Source: an uncultured Verrucomicrobiae bacterium
Lineage (GTDB): Bacteria; Verrucomicrobiota; Verrucomicrobiia; Chthoniobacterales; JAFAMB01
Direction: 5' to 3'
NCBI GenBank assembly: GCA_963762565.1
Contig: CAVXLD010000003.1
Span: 832,001 to 896,000, forward strand
DNA: 64,000 nt
The translations under genes were made by a program, and so were the position numbers. The notes beneath the pieces were generated by a model, which was given only the letters and a program-made list of their open reading frames with translations, was not told the origin of the DNA and searched no databases. The first letter of the stretch is position 1. Each line of letters begins with the position of its first letter. Positions 38,133 to 47,620 of the stretch are shown here, piece by piece.

Positions 38133-38444
38133 TTCGCCTCTTTTTCTGACTTATGACCGACGCGAGACTTTCGAGAATTGTGGTTCTAGTCAATTCAAAA
38201 TTTGTTGAAGCCACTTAATATCCTACAAAAGAAGAACTTACAGATTAACTTAGGTCTAACGGCTGTCATCGAGAACGATTTTTTGAAATCGCCTATCAGC
38301 AGTACTGCGCCACCCCCACTGAAAAGCGACGCAAAAAGACTGAAGAGGCGATTGCAAACTGTGACCGTGCGATAAGTCTGGATCCGAGGGACGGCAACGG
38401 CCGACAGCAAACCGCTAACTGCGAACTGCTAACTGTTAACCCGA

Positions 38445-39503
38445 CTACCCTCCCGTGATCTTAACGATTGCCACGGTCCAGTTGTACATTTGGTTGATGT
38501 AAGCGAATTTTCCGTTAGGCGAGATAGCGATAGTCCCAGGCGTCTGGCCAAGCGTGATTGGGCTCCCCACGATCGTATCGGTCGCGGTACTGATCATCAC
38601 GACGGTTTGAGCGTTCTGATTCGGAACATAGAGATAGAGACCATCCGGAGTCATCGCGCTGCCGAACCAGTAATTGCCGTATTCGCTCGTGGTGATCGCT
38701 ATCGTCGTTGTCACCGTGTTGGTCGCAGTGTCGATCACTGATACCGATCCGCTAAACCCGGAAACATACGCTTTTGTACCATCGGGAGTGATGGCGATGT
38801 GGGTCGGATATTCCGCCACCGGGACCGGATTCCCTACGATTAGTTGTGTAGCGACATTGATCTCGTCGACCGTGTTATCGTAATAGTTCACCACGTAGGC
38901 GTTCTTTCCGTCCGCCGTAAACTTGATACAGACTGGACCGTCGCCTGTTTGGATTGGATACGGTGATACCGTGTTTTTCAGGAGATTGATGACGCTGCAG
39001 TCGCCTTCGAATTGGTTGCCCACCCATGCTTGCGTACCAGTAGGATTAATTCCTACACAGTTGGCGTATACCCCCATCCCGGCGATGACTTGTTTCAGGC
39101 TGGGAGTAGTGGATTGGGCGCCGGTAATCACAGAGACTGTTCCGGGCACTCCCCAAATTCCGCCGTTATACCCGTCCACCGGGTTAGCCACCAGAACCTC
39201 CCCTCCTTTCGGTGTGATCGCGAGGAATTGCGCGTTGCCACCGAGCGCGATCGTATTGCTTTCTACCGTTTGGGTGCTTATATCGATCCGGTAGAGCGCG
39301 TCGTAGTTGTTAGAGACGACGTAGACGTATTTATTGTCCGGGGTTACAACCACACCGCTGGGTAGCGGCACCTCTACCGTTTTAAGAATGGTATTGGTAG
39401 GTTGTGCGTGCACAGAATTTGTTACGGCTGCCAGGCATCCGGCGGCCGCCAGGGGCAAAACCCAGCGCAGCAGACTGCGCTGTCGACCATCTTGAGTCTT
39501 CAT
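38445..39503 (-). CDS. YVTN/YncE family beta-propeller protein
   Basis: Signal peptide; repeated (I/V)TPDG..AYV...VSVID units. Confidence 0.9.
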   Translation of the reverse strand: MKTQDGRQRSLLRWVLPLAAAGCLAAVTNSVHAQPTNTILKTVEVPLPSGVVVTPDNKYVYVVSNNYDALYRIDISTQTVESNTIALGGNAQFLAITPKGGEVLVANPVDGYNGGIWGVPGTVSVITGAQSTTPSLKQVIAGMGVYANCVGINPTGTQAWVGNQFEGDCSVINLLKNTVSPYPIQTGDGPVCIKFTADGKNAYVVNYYDNTVDEINVATQLIVGNPVPVAEYPTHIAITPDGTKAYVSGFSGSVSVIDTATNTVTTTIAITTSEYGNYWFGSAMTPDGLYLYVPNQNAQTVVMISTATDTIVGSPITLGQTPGTIAISPNGKFAYINQMYNWTVAIVKITGG

Positions 39504-39710
39504 GGAAAGAATAATGGGACCACCACGGAATGATTAGATTCTTTGGCTATCTCTCAGAGATGTAGAAAACCGCCGGGTGTACTTGAATAAGTTCAACTTA
39601 GCGGTGGCGTTCCGGCCCGGCGTTGTGATTCCTGTCCGACAAATCGAACTCCGCACCACCTCTTGCAGCTCAGCCCAACGATCTTGAACGGACAGAGAGG
39701 AAACGAAACC

Positions 39711-39803
39711 AACACTCCGCTACTCCATCACTCCGCTACTCCATTACTCCACCGCTCATCCCTACTCGAACTCCTGCAACTCCTTGAACTTCTTGAGCTC
39801 CTT
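39711..39803. repeat. ACTCC octamer and GAACTCCT-type arrays
   Basis: Visible tandem units; same families at 723 and 55531. Confidence 0.8.
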
Positions 39804-39807
39804 CCCG

Positions 39808-40131
39808 TCACATCCCGTAAAGTTTCGTCAGAATCGCTTGTAGCTGGACTACGCGAGGTGCGGATAACTTTTGGATGAACGCCCCGAACCTCGCAAGGCT
39901 GACAGCCCTAATCTGATCCGCCATTACTTCAGCTGGTTTGTCGGCACAGACCACCTGCAGGCGGTGAGCCCAGTGAGGGTGCAACTTGCTGGTTAACGGG
40001 CAGACCACGGCCATCGCGGTCTGGTGCATGGCATCCGGACTTACGACGACACAGGGTCGCGTCTTCTGCTGTTCTCGTCCCAAGGTTGGGTCTAATGAAA
40101 CCCAGTAAATTCCATACCGGATAATCCTCAC
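39808..40131 (-). CDS. mazF: PemK/MazF family toxin
   Basis: IYWVSLDPTLGREQQKTRPCVVVS, PLTS and DQIRAV motifs. Confidence 0.92.
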   Translation of the reverse strand: MRIIRYGIYWVSLDPTLGREQQKTRPCVVVSPDAMHQTAMAVVCPLTSKLHPHWAHRLQVVCADKPAEVMADQIRAVSLARFGAFIQKLSAPRVVQLQAILTKLYGM

Positions 40132-40180
40132 GAGAATCCGCCTCCGCAAAGCCTACGGCGCAGCGCGTTCATCGGCCAGA

Positions 40181-40486
40181 TCACGGCCTCGCTGTTTTCC
40201 TCGAACGCCGCGAGACTCCCGCCGACAGGTCGTCATCTTCAAGCCCGTCTGCCAAAGTACCTTGGAGTGATTCGGCTTCGGCTATCGCGTCCGGGTCACT
40301 AGCCATCTCCCGAAAGCTTTCCTCCAGGCTCAGTTTCTCGGACCTGATCGGGCGCAACAAGAGTCCTTCGGCGGTTTCTACCAATTGAACTTCATCCTTG
40401 ATTCCGTAGCGCTTAATGATGCTGCTGGGGATGCGGATACCCCTGGAATTGCCAATCGCTACCATCTTGAGAATCTCGGACGCCAT
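40181..40486 (-). CDS. mazE: AbrB/MazE family antitoxin
   Basis: IGNSRGIRIP motif. Confidence 0.9.
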   Translation of the reverse strand: MASEILKMVAIGNSRGIRIPSSIIKRYGIKDEVQLVETAEGLLLRPIRSEKLSLEESFREMASDPDAIAEAESLQGTLADGLEDDDLSAGVSRRSRKTARP

Positions 40487-40615
40487 GTAGGTACCGTAAT
40501 TACGCTGGGTGGAATTGCAAGCCTCTCGATTATCACCACTCCCTCAATCCATCAAGAAAGCCGAACCGCAGGGCGACCTAAGGGCAAGAGGGCACAGTCT
40601 GCTCGTGTAATCCAT

Positions 40616-40643
40616 TGTCCAGAACCGCCCCTCCCGTTCGTCG
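40616..40643 (+). promoter_or_regulatory. ECF sigma-type promoter TGTCC-N14-CGTTCGTCG
   Basis: 21 nt before the DUF899 ATG; twin of 29482-29509. Confidence 0.6.
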
Positions 40644-40664
40644 TGTTTGTAAATCAATTAAGCC

Positions 40665-41348
40665 ATGAAAACCACTGCTCTCCCACCAATCGTGTCCGCA
40701 GAAGAATGGGCTGTTGCCCGGGAAAGACTGCTCGTTAAAGAAAAAGCCGCGACCCGAGCCCACGACGCGCTGGCGGCCGAACGCCGGCGTTTACCGATGG
40801 TCCTGATCGATAAACAATATTTTTTCGAAGGTCCGAACGGGAGAACGAGCCTGGTTGATCTTTTTGACGGGAAACAGCAACTCCTCCTGTATCATTTCAT
40901 GTTTGCTCCCGGGGTCCATGGGTGGCCTGATGCCGGTTGCCCCGGTTGTTCAATGTTTGTCGATCAGGTCGGACACCAAGCGCATTTTCACGCCAGAAAT
41001 GTCAATTTTGTTCTGGTGTCGCACGCACCGCTCCCTCAGCTCCAAGCTTATCAGAAGCGAATGGGGTGGACCCTCCCTTGGTTCTCCTCTTACGGCAGCG
41101 ATTTTAATCGCGATTTCGCTGTCACCACCCCTGAAGGCGAAGGATTCGGCCTCAGTATCTTCCTCAGAGATGAGGAGAACGTCTATCGCACTTATTTTAT
41201 TGACGGGCGTGGCGTTGATGCGCTGGGGAGTGTTTGGAGTTTCCTCGATCTAACCCCCTACGGCCGGCAAGAAACCTGGGAAAATTCCCCAGCCGGCTGG
41301 CCGCAAACTCCGCCCTACACCTGGTGGCGCCGGCACGATGAATACTAA
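40665..41348 (+). CDS. DUF899 thioredoxin-like protein
   Basis: LAAERRRLPMV, YHFMF, GCPGCS and LDLTPYGRQE motifs. Confidence 0.92.
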   Translation: MKTTALPPIVSAEEWAVARERLLVKEKAATRAHDALAAERRRLPMVLIDKQYFFEGPNGRTSLVDLFDGKQQLLLYHFMFAPGVHGWPDAGCPGCSMFVDQVGHQAHFHARNVNFVLVSHAPLPQLQAYQKRMGWTLPWFSSYGSDFNRDFAVTTPEGEGFGLSIFLRDEENVYRTYFIDGRGVDALGSVWSFLDLTPYGRQETWENSPAGWPQTPPYTWWRRHDEY

Positions 41349-41481
41349 CCGCGAATGGACGCGAATTGATTCGAAGAAAGACCTCAACCGCAGCCCCGGA
41401 GAATTTCGGGGCTGCGGTTGAGGTCTTTCTTCGAGTCTTTCGTGTCCATTCGCGGTTTTAGTTTCGCGTCCATTCGCGGTT
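41347..41481. repeat. Nested palindrome with a perfect 28-bp stem
   Basis: Stem 41371-41398/41407-41434 inside AACCGCGAATGGAC inverted shells. Confidence 0.9.
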
Positions 41482-41846
41482 CAGATCCAGACATCGTTCT
41501 GCGCGGTGCGATCGCCGCCGGTGTCGCCGGTGTTAAGGACGCCGCGTGGCTCGATTAGCATGAGCCTTACCTCTTTTGCTGCGTAGGGCTTATGCTCGAC
41601 TCCTTTCGGAACCACGAACAGTTCTCCGGCCCCGATCTGCACTGCGCCGTCCCGGAAATCGATCCGTAAATCGCCCTCCAGCACCAGGAATGTCTCGTCA
41701 GTTTCTTTATGTGAATGCCAGATGAACTCCCCTTCCAGCTTCACAACTTTGAACTGATAGTCGTTCATCTCGGCGATGACTCTGGGCGCCCATTGCTCCG
41801 TCAAAAGCCCAAGTTTTTGCCGAAGATTGATCGATTGATATTTCAT
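41481..41846 (-). CDS. Cupin domain protein
   Basis: FIWHSHKETDETF and VPKGVEHKP motifs. Confidence 0.92.
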   Translation of the reverse strand: MKYQSINLRQKLGLLTEQWAPRVIAEMNDYQFKVVKLEGEFIWHSHKETDETFLVLEGDLRIDFRDGAVQIGAGELFVVPKGVEHKPYAAKEVRLMLIEPRGVLNTGDTGGDRTAQNDVWI

Positions 41847-42009
41847 CGGTTAAAGAAATTGCACCACAAAGTACGAGGCCGGCCAGCGAATGCATCCGCT
41901 TTCGCCAATCCAAAAGCAAACCACCCAACACGCCGAACAGCTTCCTCGGCCAAGCTGCGAATGAGACGTCGAAGCAACACAGATCGAGAGGAACAAAAAC
42001 GTAATCTGA

Positions 42010-42290
42010 ACCGCAGATTAACGGAGAAAGACATTAATTATCCGCAGATTTCGCGTTGGGCTTCGGTCGCGCACCGGACCAAGAGTAGCACCCGGACCTG
42101 GAAACGATTTTTCTCTCCTGGTCAGCCTCAACCTGAAAACGAAATCTGCGTAATCTGCGTAATCTGCGGATAAATAAAATCTGTGTTCATCTGCGGTTGA
42201 GGGTCCCTATCCGCGGGTAACAGTCTTTCTTCGTGTCCATTCGTAGCCCGTCGCGCCGTAGGCTCGGCGAAGGCGGATCCACTCGTGGCC
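42010..42290. repeat. CCGCAGAT/ATCTGCGTA nonamer cassette plus GCCGTAGGCTCGGCGAAGGCGG REP
   Basis: Inverted arrays at 42010-42050 and 42144-42199. Confidence 0.8.
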
Positions 42291-42353
42291 AGGATTGATT
42301 GATCCGTATTCCATCGGATAGGATCGCCCGCCTTAAACACAGATCGATCCTTT

Positions 42354-43031
42354 ATGATCCGCGGATTCAAAATCTTCGTTCTTATCTTATTACTCTGCGT
42401 ATTAAGCCTGCTGCCGGGAGAGGCGAGCGCAGAGGAAAATGGTCGACAGCACACCGCTGTCCTTCTCCTATCACCCGCCCCGCAGTTAAAATGGGAGACT
42501 TGGAACGAGATGTTACGAGAAACCGGTAAACCGGGCTCAGAGATCGACTGCCGGGTAGGGATGACCGTGAGCCAAGGCCAGGTCCAATCTGCGGCCATGG
42601 TTCAAAGCACTGGGTTCAAATCTGCCGACGGCGAAATCTGCGAGTGGGTACAAAAAACCTGGCATTTCAAACCGGAAGCAAAAGGAACCTTTACGCTGCC
42701 GATAATGTTGCATCTGCCAAAGGCTATACCCGGACCCGATCCGGTCAAATCGGTCGCTTTCTACACTTCGTACCCGCCATTTGCGCCGCAGGTTAGGCAG
42801 CAACTGCAAAAGGAAGCAGACCGTCAAAAACACGAGGTCACTCTGAAAATAGTGGTTACGGTCCAAGTGGATCGCGGCCAAATTCTAGCCTGCACGGCGA
42901 GTACGAAGACCGGCACCTATCTCGACTATGACGTGCCCTTCTGGGTCAAGGAGAAATGGGTATTCAAGAAAGACGCCTCCGGCACCTGGCAAATACCGCT
43001 TACCTTCAAAGTCGAACCCACGGGATCATAA
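42354..43031 (+). CDS. Secreted protein with two TonB-C-like half repeats
   Basis: Signal peptide; internal duplication (V..GQV...STG...WVQKTWHFK / V..GQI...WVKEKWVFK). Confidence 0.65.
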   Translation: MIRGFKIFVLILLLCVLSLLPGEASAEENGRQHTAVLLLSPAPQLKWETWNEMLRETGKPGSEIDCRVGMTVSQGQVQSAAMVQSTGFKSADGEICEWVQKTWHFKPEAKGTFTLPIMLHLPKAIPGPDPVKSVAFYTSYPPFAPQVRQQLQKEADRQKHEVTLKIVVTVQVDRGQILACTASTKTGTYLDYDVPFWVKEKWVFKKDASGTWQIPLTFKVEPTGS

Positions 43032-43033
43032 TT

Positions 43034-43327
43034 TAGGAGCTAGGAGCTAGTAGCTAGGAGAAAGCGTATGGACGTGTGGGCGTATCGGCGTGTCGGCGTT
43101 CAAGGGAATTAAGTCGCATCATATTGGTCGCATCGGTCCCATAAGTCCCATCCATTCGCAGCGAGTATACGCCGCATCCTACTTTGCCGCGTGGATATAC
43201 CGATACGTATTCGCGCCGATACGCCCATACGCCGACACGCCGATACGTTCGCCCCTGGTCAGCCTCAACCTTAAACCGAAATCTGCGTAATCTGCTAATC
43301 TGCGGATAATTAAAGTCTGCGCTCATC
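43034..43327. repeat. Multi-family repeat cluster (GCTAGGA, inverted GGCGTATC/ACGCCGAT pair, GTCCCATA, nonamer half)
   Basis: Visible tandem and inverted units. Confidence 0.8.
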
Positions 43328-43421
43328 GTCCTCCATCCGCCGCTGAGGTCTGCTTCACGATCCCGAATCTGCGGTTCGGCTTTGTGTTCTCTCAGTCTAT
43401 GTGGTGTAATATCTGTTTGAC

Positions 43422-44111
43422 GTGACTGAAAGCTCAGAGCAGACGGCGGCGCAAGTGCTCGTGATTGATGTTGGCGGGCACAACATAAAGGTTCTTGCTA
43501 CGGGGAAAACTGAATCCCGGAAGCTGGCGTCCGGTCCCAAATTCACGGCCGCACAGATGGTGCACGGAGTGAAGGAGATCACCCGGGACTGGAAGTACGA
43601 CGTGGTCACGATCGGGTTCCCCGCACCGGTGCGTCAGAATCAACCGGTGGAAGAGCCGTTCAATCTCGGGCGTGGCTGGGTTGGATTTGATTACAAAGGT
43701 GCATTCGGACACCCGGTCAAAATGATCAATGACGCCGCCATGCAGGCCTTAGGCTGCTATCAAGGCGGCAAGATGTTGTTCCTTGGACTCGGCACTGGGC
43801 TCGGGTCGAGCATGGTCGTAGAAGGAATTGTGGTGCCAACCGAGCTTTGCCGGCTCCCTTATAAGAGAATGACATTTGAAGACTACGTCGGCACCCGTGG
43901 CTTGGAACGCCTGGGTAAAAAGAAATGGCGCCGTTGTGTAGAAGATGTGGTCGCCCGATTGGTCGCGGCACTCGAACCGGAAGATGTCGCCCTGGGAGGA
44001 GGCAACGTGAAATACCTGAAGGACGTTCCTCCCGGCTGCAGGATCATTGATAACGATAACGCCTTTGCCGGCGGCTTCCGCCTCTGGGATACGCCTGGCA
44101 GGTTCGGGTGA
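43422..44111 (+). CDS. ROK family protein (polyphosphate glucokinase-like)
   Basis: IDVGG, GFPAPV, INDAAMQA, LGLGTGLG and LGGGN motifs. Confidence 0.88.
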   Translation: MTESSEQTAAQVLVIDVGGHNIKVLATGKTESRKLASGPKFTAAQMVHGVKEITRDWKYDVVTIGFPAPVRQNQPVEEPFNLGRGWVGFDYKGAFGHPVKMINDAAMQALGCYQGGKMLFLGLGTGLGSSMVVEGIVVPTELCRLPYKRMTFEDYVGTRGLERLGKKKWRRCVEDVVARLVAALEPEDVALGGGNVKYLKDVPPGCRIIDNDNAFAGGFRLWDTPGRFG

Positions 44112-44179
44112 GCAGTCCGCACTCAGCAGTGGGTCAGTGATCAATAATCAGGTAGAGGAGCCAGGAGGGTCATTATCAT

Positions 44180-44318
44180 TCTCGTCGTCGTCGTCCTCGA
44201 GAACGCGGCTTTCTTCGAGGGTCGGCGAATTACTTCGGCGAATTACTTGCGTTAATCACTGTAGGTGGTTTGCGTGCTACAGGCCCTCTCGAGGACGAGG
44301 ACGAGAACGAGAACGATA
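44180..44318. repeat. Inverted CTCGTC/GAGGAC hexamer cassette
   Basis: tcgtcgtcgtcctcgaga ... tctcgaggacgaggacga. Confidence 0.8.
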
Positions 44319-44398
44319 TAGGAACGCGCCAGTGCCCAGCGACCGCTTGATGGGTGTGCCGTCTTCTGGAATCGGGATCGTTCTGCTACAATCCCCTC

Positions 44399-45223
44399 AT
44401 GTCCGAATCCGAATGGCATGAAGCCAACCGTGCTAATTGGGACGAGAGAGTCGATCTCCATCTCGATGCGGAGTCATATGATTTGGCTGCGCTGCGGCAT
44501 GGCAGCGGGAAACTGACCTCGTTGGAAGAAGCGGAGATCGGCCCGGTGGACGGGCTTCATATTCTCCATCTGCAATGCCATTTCGGCCGGGATACCCTTA
44601 CTTTGGCACAGCGCGGAGCAACGGTCGTCGGACTCGATTTTTCTCCGAGAGCGATCGCCGTGGCTCGAAATCTGGCTGCGGAGTTGTCACTGGCAGATCG
44701 AGCCCGTTTCATTGAGGCGGACCTTTATGATGCTCCCAAGGTTCTCGACCAGAGATTCGATTTAGTCTTTGTGAACTGGGGCGCAATCTGCTGGTTGCCG
44801 GATATTCGGCGCTGGGCAGAGATCGTGGCTCATTTTATCAAACCGGGTGGCTCCCTGTACCAGGTGGAAGGTCATCCCATCACCGGCGTGTTCGATAATC
44901 AGAAAGGGACGCAGAATGCCTTGCCCGACTATTTTATCCCCTATTTTGTCAGCAAAGCTCTAAGATTTGATGATCGCGAAGACTATGCGTCGACGAAGCT
45001 TTTACAGAATGCAACCCGGTATGAATGGGCTCATCCGCTTGGCGAAATCATTACCGGGTTAATTGAGGCTGGATTGACTATTAAATGGCTCCACGAGCAT
45101 GATTGCCTGCCTTACAAGCGATTCGATGTGCTCGTTAAAGGCGCGAACCGTATGTATCACTGGCCAGGGGAGCAGTGGTTGCCTCTCAGTTTTTCTCTCC
45201 GTGCTGAAAGACCAGCGTGTTAG
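44399..45223 (+). CDS. Class I SAM-dependent methyltransferase
   Basis: ILHLQCHFGRDT and GLDFS motifs. Confidence 0.9.
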   Translation: MSESEWHEANRANWDERVDLHLDAESYDLAALRHGSGKLTSLEEAEIGPVDGLHILHLQCHFGRDTLTLAQRGATVVGLDFSPRAIAVARNLAAELSLADRARFIEADLYDAPKVLDQRFDLVFVNWGAICWLPDIRRWAEIVAHFIKPGGSLYQVEGHPITGVFDNQKGTQNALPDYFIPYFVSKALRFDDREDYASTKLLQNATRYEWAHPLGEIITGLIEAGLTIKWLHEHDCLPYKRFDVLVKGANRMYHWPGEQWLPLSFSLRAERPAC

Positions 45224-45312
45224 CGGCCTCGCCGTGTTGGTCACTCGCCGCACTTACCACGTCGCAAAAACTGTCGTTCTCGTCCTCGTCGTCCCGTCGG
45301 GAGCGGTGGAAC

Positions 45313-45645
45313 GTTGTTGAAGCATGTGATTACCCAACGTCTGGAGGGGAGCCGCTTTGGCGCGTGTCTGACGACCTTACGATATTTGTTACACCGTCTG
45401 ATTCGACCAAGAAATGCGAGCAGCAGGCGGCTCCCGGGAATAACCCAGCGTGATGCATTAACCTTGTGGCTTCGGTTGATTACAGACCTCGGCCGGGCAG
45501 AACTGCAAACCCCTGGGTTGTTCTCGGGAGCCGCTTGTTTTCACACGTTCCGATTAGGCTAAGGTTGAGGCGAATATCGCGACGCCGTCAGATACGCGCC
45601 AAAGCGGCTCCCCTCCAGACGTTGGGTAATCATACGCTCAACAAC
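45313..45645. repeat. Nested cassette with ~47-bp IR (CTGGAGGGGAGCCGCTTTG family)
   Basis: 45327-45373 pairs with 45586-45632; inner GCGGCTCCCG/CGGGAGCCGC pair. Confidence 0.88.
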
Positions 45646-45906
45646 TTTCCGCCCCTTCGACGGGGCGACGCGCATAGCCTGCCCGACGAAGCTTTACCTC
45701 GTCGGTTGGCAGTTCTATCAGTGAGCGAAGTCGGCAGGACGATTAAGACCAACTCTGGTGCCGCGATTGGAGGATTCCGGGGCACGTGACGTTGCGTGTC
45801 GAGCATTCCGGGCGCCGCCTCCTTGATCAACCCATAGATCTGCTAAACTATCCCGCAGGCGCGGGACGGCTACCCTCCAAAGAACCCACAAACCGCGCCC
45901 AATGCT

Positions 45907-46797
45907 ATGAAACGCAAAAAAGCGTCAGATTTCCCTCAAGAACTCCTAAACATCTTTGATCGTTACGTGCACGGCGAGATGAGCCGGCGTGACTTTCTTG
46001 AGGCTGCTAAAAAGTATGCCATCGGAGGATTAACCGCGACGGCGATTTGGGAAGCTCTTCGGCCGAACTACGCCTTCGCCGACCAAGTCGCTAAGGACGA
46101 TAAGCGTCTCGTAACGGAATACGAAACGGTTCCCTCGCCTAAGGGCAACACCGATATTCGCGGTTATTACGTTCGGCCCGCGGCGCCGGGAAAGAAATTG
46201 CCCGGGGTATTGGTCATCCATGAAAATCGCGGGCTGAATCCGTACATCGAAGATGTGGCTCGCCGTCTAGGGACGGAGAACTTTATCGCTTTTGCGCCCG
46301 ATGGCCTCACCTCGGTTGGCGGATATCCTGGCGACGAAGAGAAAGCAACCGCTCTCTTCAAAACCGTAGATCCAACCAAGATGTTTGAAGATTTCGTAGC
46401 CGCGGCCGCCTGGTTGAAAGCCCGACCCGAGTGTAGCGGAAAGATCGGCGCTGTCGGGTTCTGTTTCGGCGGCGGTACGGTTAATAGTCTGGCGGTGAGA
46501 TTACCCGACCTTGGAGCAGCAGTCGCCTTTTATGGACGCCAACCGAGCGCGGAAGATACCGCCAAGATCAAAGCCCCTCTCCTCCTTCACTATGCGTCCC
46601 TGGATACGCGCATCACCGATGGATGGCCAGCATACGAGGCTGCGCTGAAAGCCAATCACGTGACCTATACCGCCTACACTTACGACGGTGTAAACCATGG
46701 GTTCCATAATGATACCACTCCGCGTTACGACGAAACAGCGGCGAAGCTAGCCTGGCAACGGACCGTCGACTTTCTAAACCGCTATCTGCGGGGTTAG
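45907..46797 (+). CDS. Dienelactone hydrolase family (YghX-like) protein
   Basis: SRRDFL, HENRGLNP, GFCFGG and HGFHND motifs. Confidence 0.93.
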   Translation: MKRKKASDFPQELLNIFDRYVHGEMSRRDFLEAAKKYAIGGLTATAIWEALRPNYAFADQVAKDDKRLVTEYETVPSPKGNTDIRGYYVRPAAPGKKLPGVLVIHENRGLNPYIEDVARRLGTENFIAFAPDGLTSVGGYPGDEEKATALFKTVDPTKMFEDFVAAAAWLKARPECSGKIGAVGFCFGGGTVNSLAVRLPDLGAAVAFYGRQPSAEDTAKIKAPLLLHYASLDTRITDGWPAYEAALKANHVTYTAYTYDGVNHGFHNDTTPRYDETAAKLAWQRTVDFLNRYLRG

Positions 46798-46909
46798 CTG
46801 AAGGAGTTCAGGAGGCCGCTACCGATGCTATCCGGTTGCTTCGAGATTCTCGCAAAAAAGGAGTTTTGTCCTTGCAACTTGGTCGTTCGCGCCACCCTGA
46901 AATCCTGAA

Positions 46910-47161
46910 CTAACAACACGGATTCGTGTGATACAGAATGTCAAAGGGATCGGCAAGCGTCCGCGTTCTGGCCACGAACTGTTCAACTCCCGGAGTGATC
47001 AAGTGCTGTCGTAACCGGGTACCTAAATAATAGACCTGATCCTGTTTCTGACGGCGGATTAGAACTCGTCTCAAGGGACTCGAAACGCACAAACGACTCG
47101 GCGCCCAGCCCGCAAGTCGGGCCGCCGGCAAGATTTTCTTTGAACTCGTTGCAATTATCAT
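46910..47161 (-). CDS. Candidate small basic protein (83 aa, C-terminal NPCC)
   Basis: ATG start; fills an otherwise empty non-repeat interval. Confidence 0.4.
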   Translation of the reverse strand: MIIATSSKKILPAARLAGWAPSRLCVSSPLRRVLIRRQKQDQVYYLGTRLRQHLITPGVEQFVARTRTLADPFDILYHTNPCC

Positions 47162-47344
47162 AACCAACCCGATTCGATCACCCATTGCGCAATAGTCCGT
47201 GTTTGGCGGAGTTTAGAAGCGTATTCGGTTTGCCTCGCGGCTGGCTATCCGTTTTCCGCAAGATTTCGGAAAAGTTTTTCGCCGCGCGGCTTTCGCTGAT
47301 AGGCGCGTCGTCACGACCATCCGCCCCCGCCCCCAAAAATCAAT

Positions 47345-47620
47345 GGCCGCAAAAAAACGCAAAAAAAGACGAACCGCAGATTAACGCAGATGTACGCAGA
47401 TTGGTTTGTGGGCTTCGATCAAGTCTCTGAACGATTGAAAACCATATTCGTCGCTAACTTTGTCTCTTGCTCTTTCGTGGAATTCTTCCCTCGAAAATCA
47501 TCTGCGTAAATCTGCGTCCATTTCACCCCGGAGAATTTCGGGGCTGCGGTTCGTCTTTTTTTTTGTGCCTTTTTGCGGCTATCGGCTATCGGCTATCGGC
47601 TATCGGTTATGCGCGAAGCG
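47345..47620. repeat. Triple-nested cassette (GCCGCAAAAA shell, nonamer shell, CCCCGGAGAATTTCGGGG mini-hairpin) plus GGCTATC array
   Basis: Visible inverted pairs. Confidence 0.85.
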
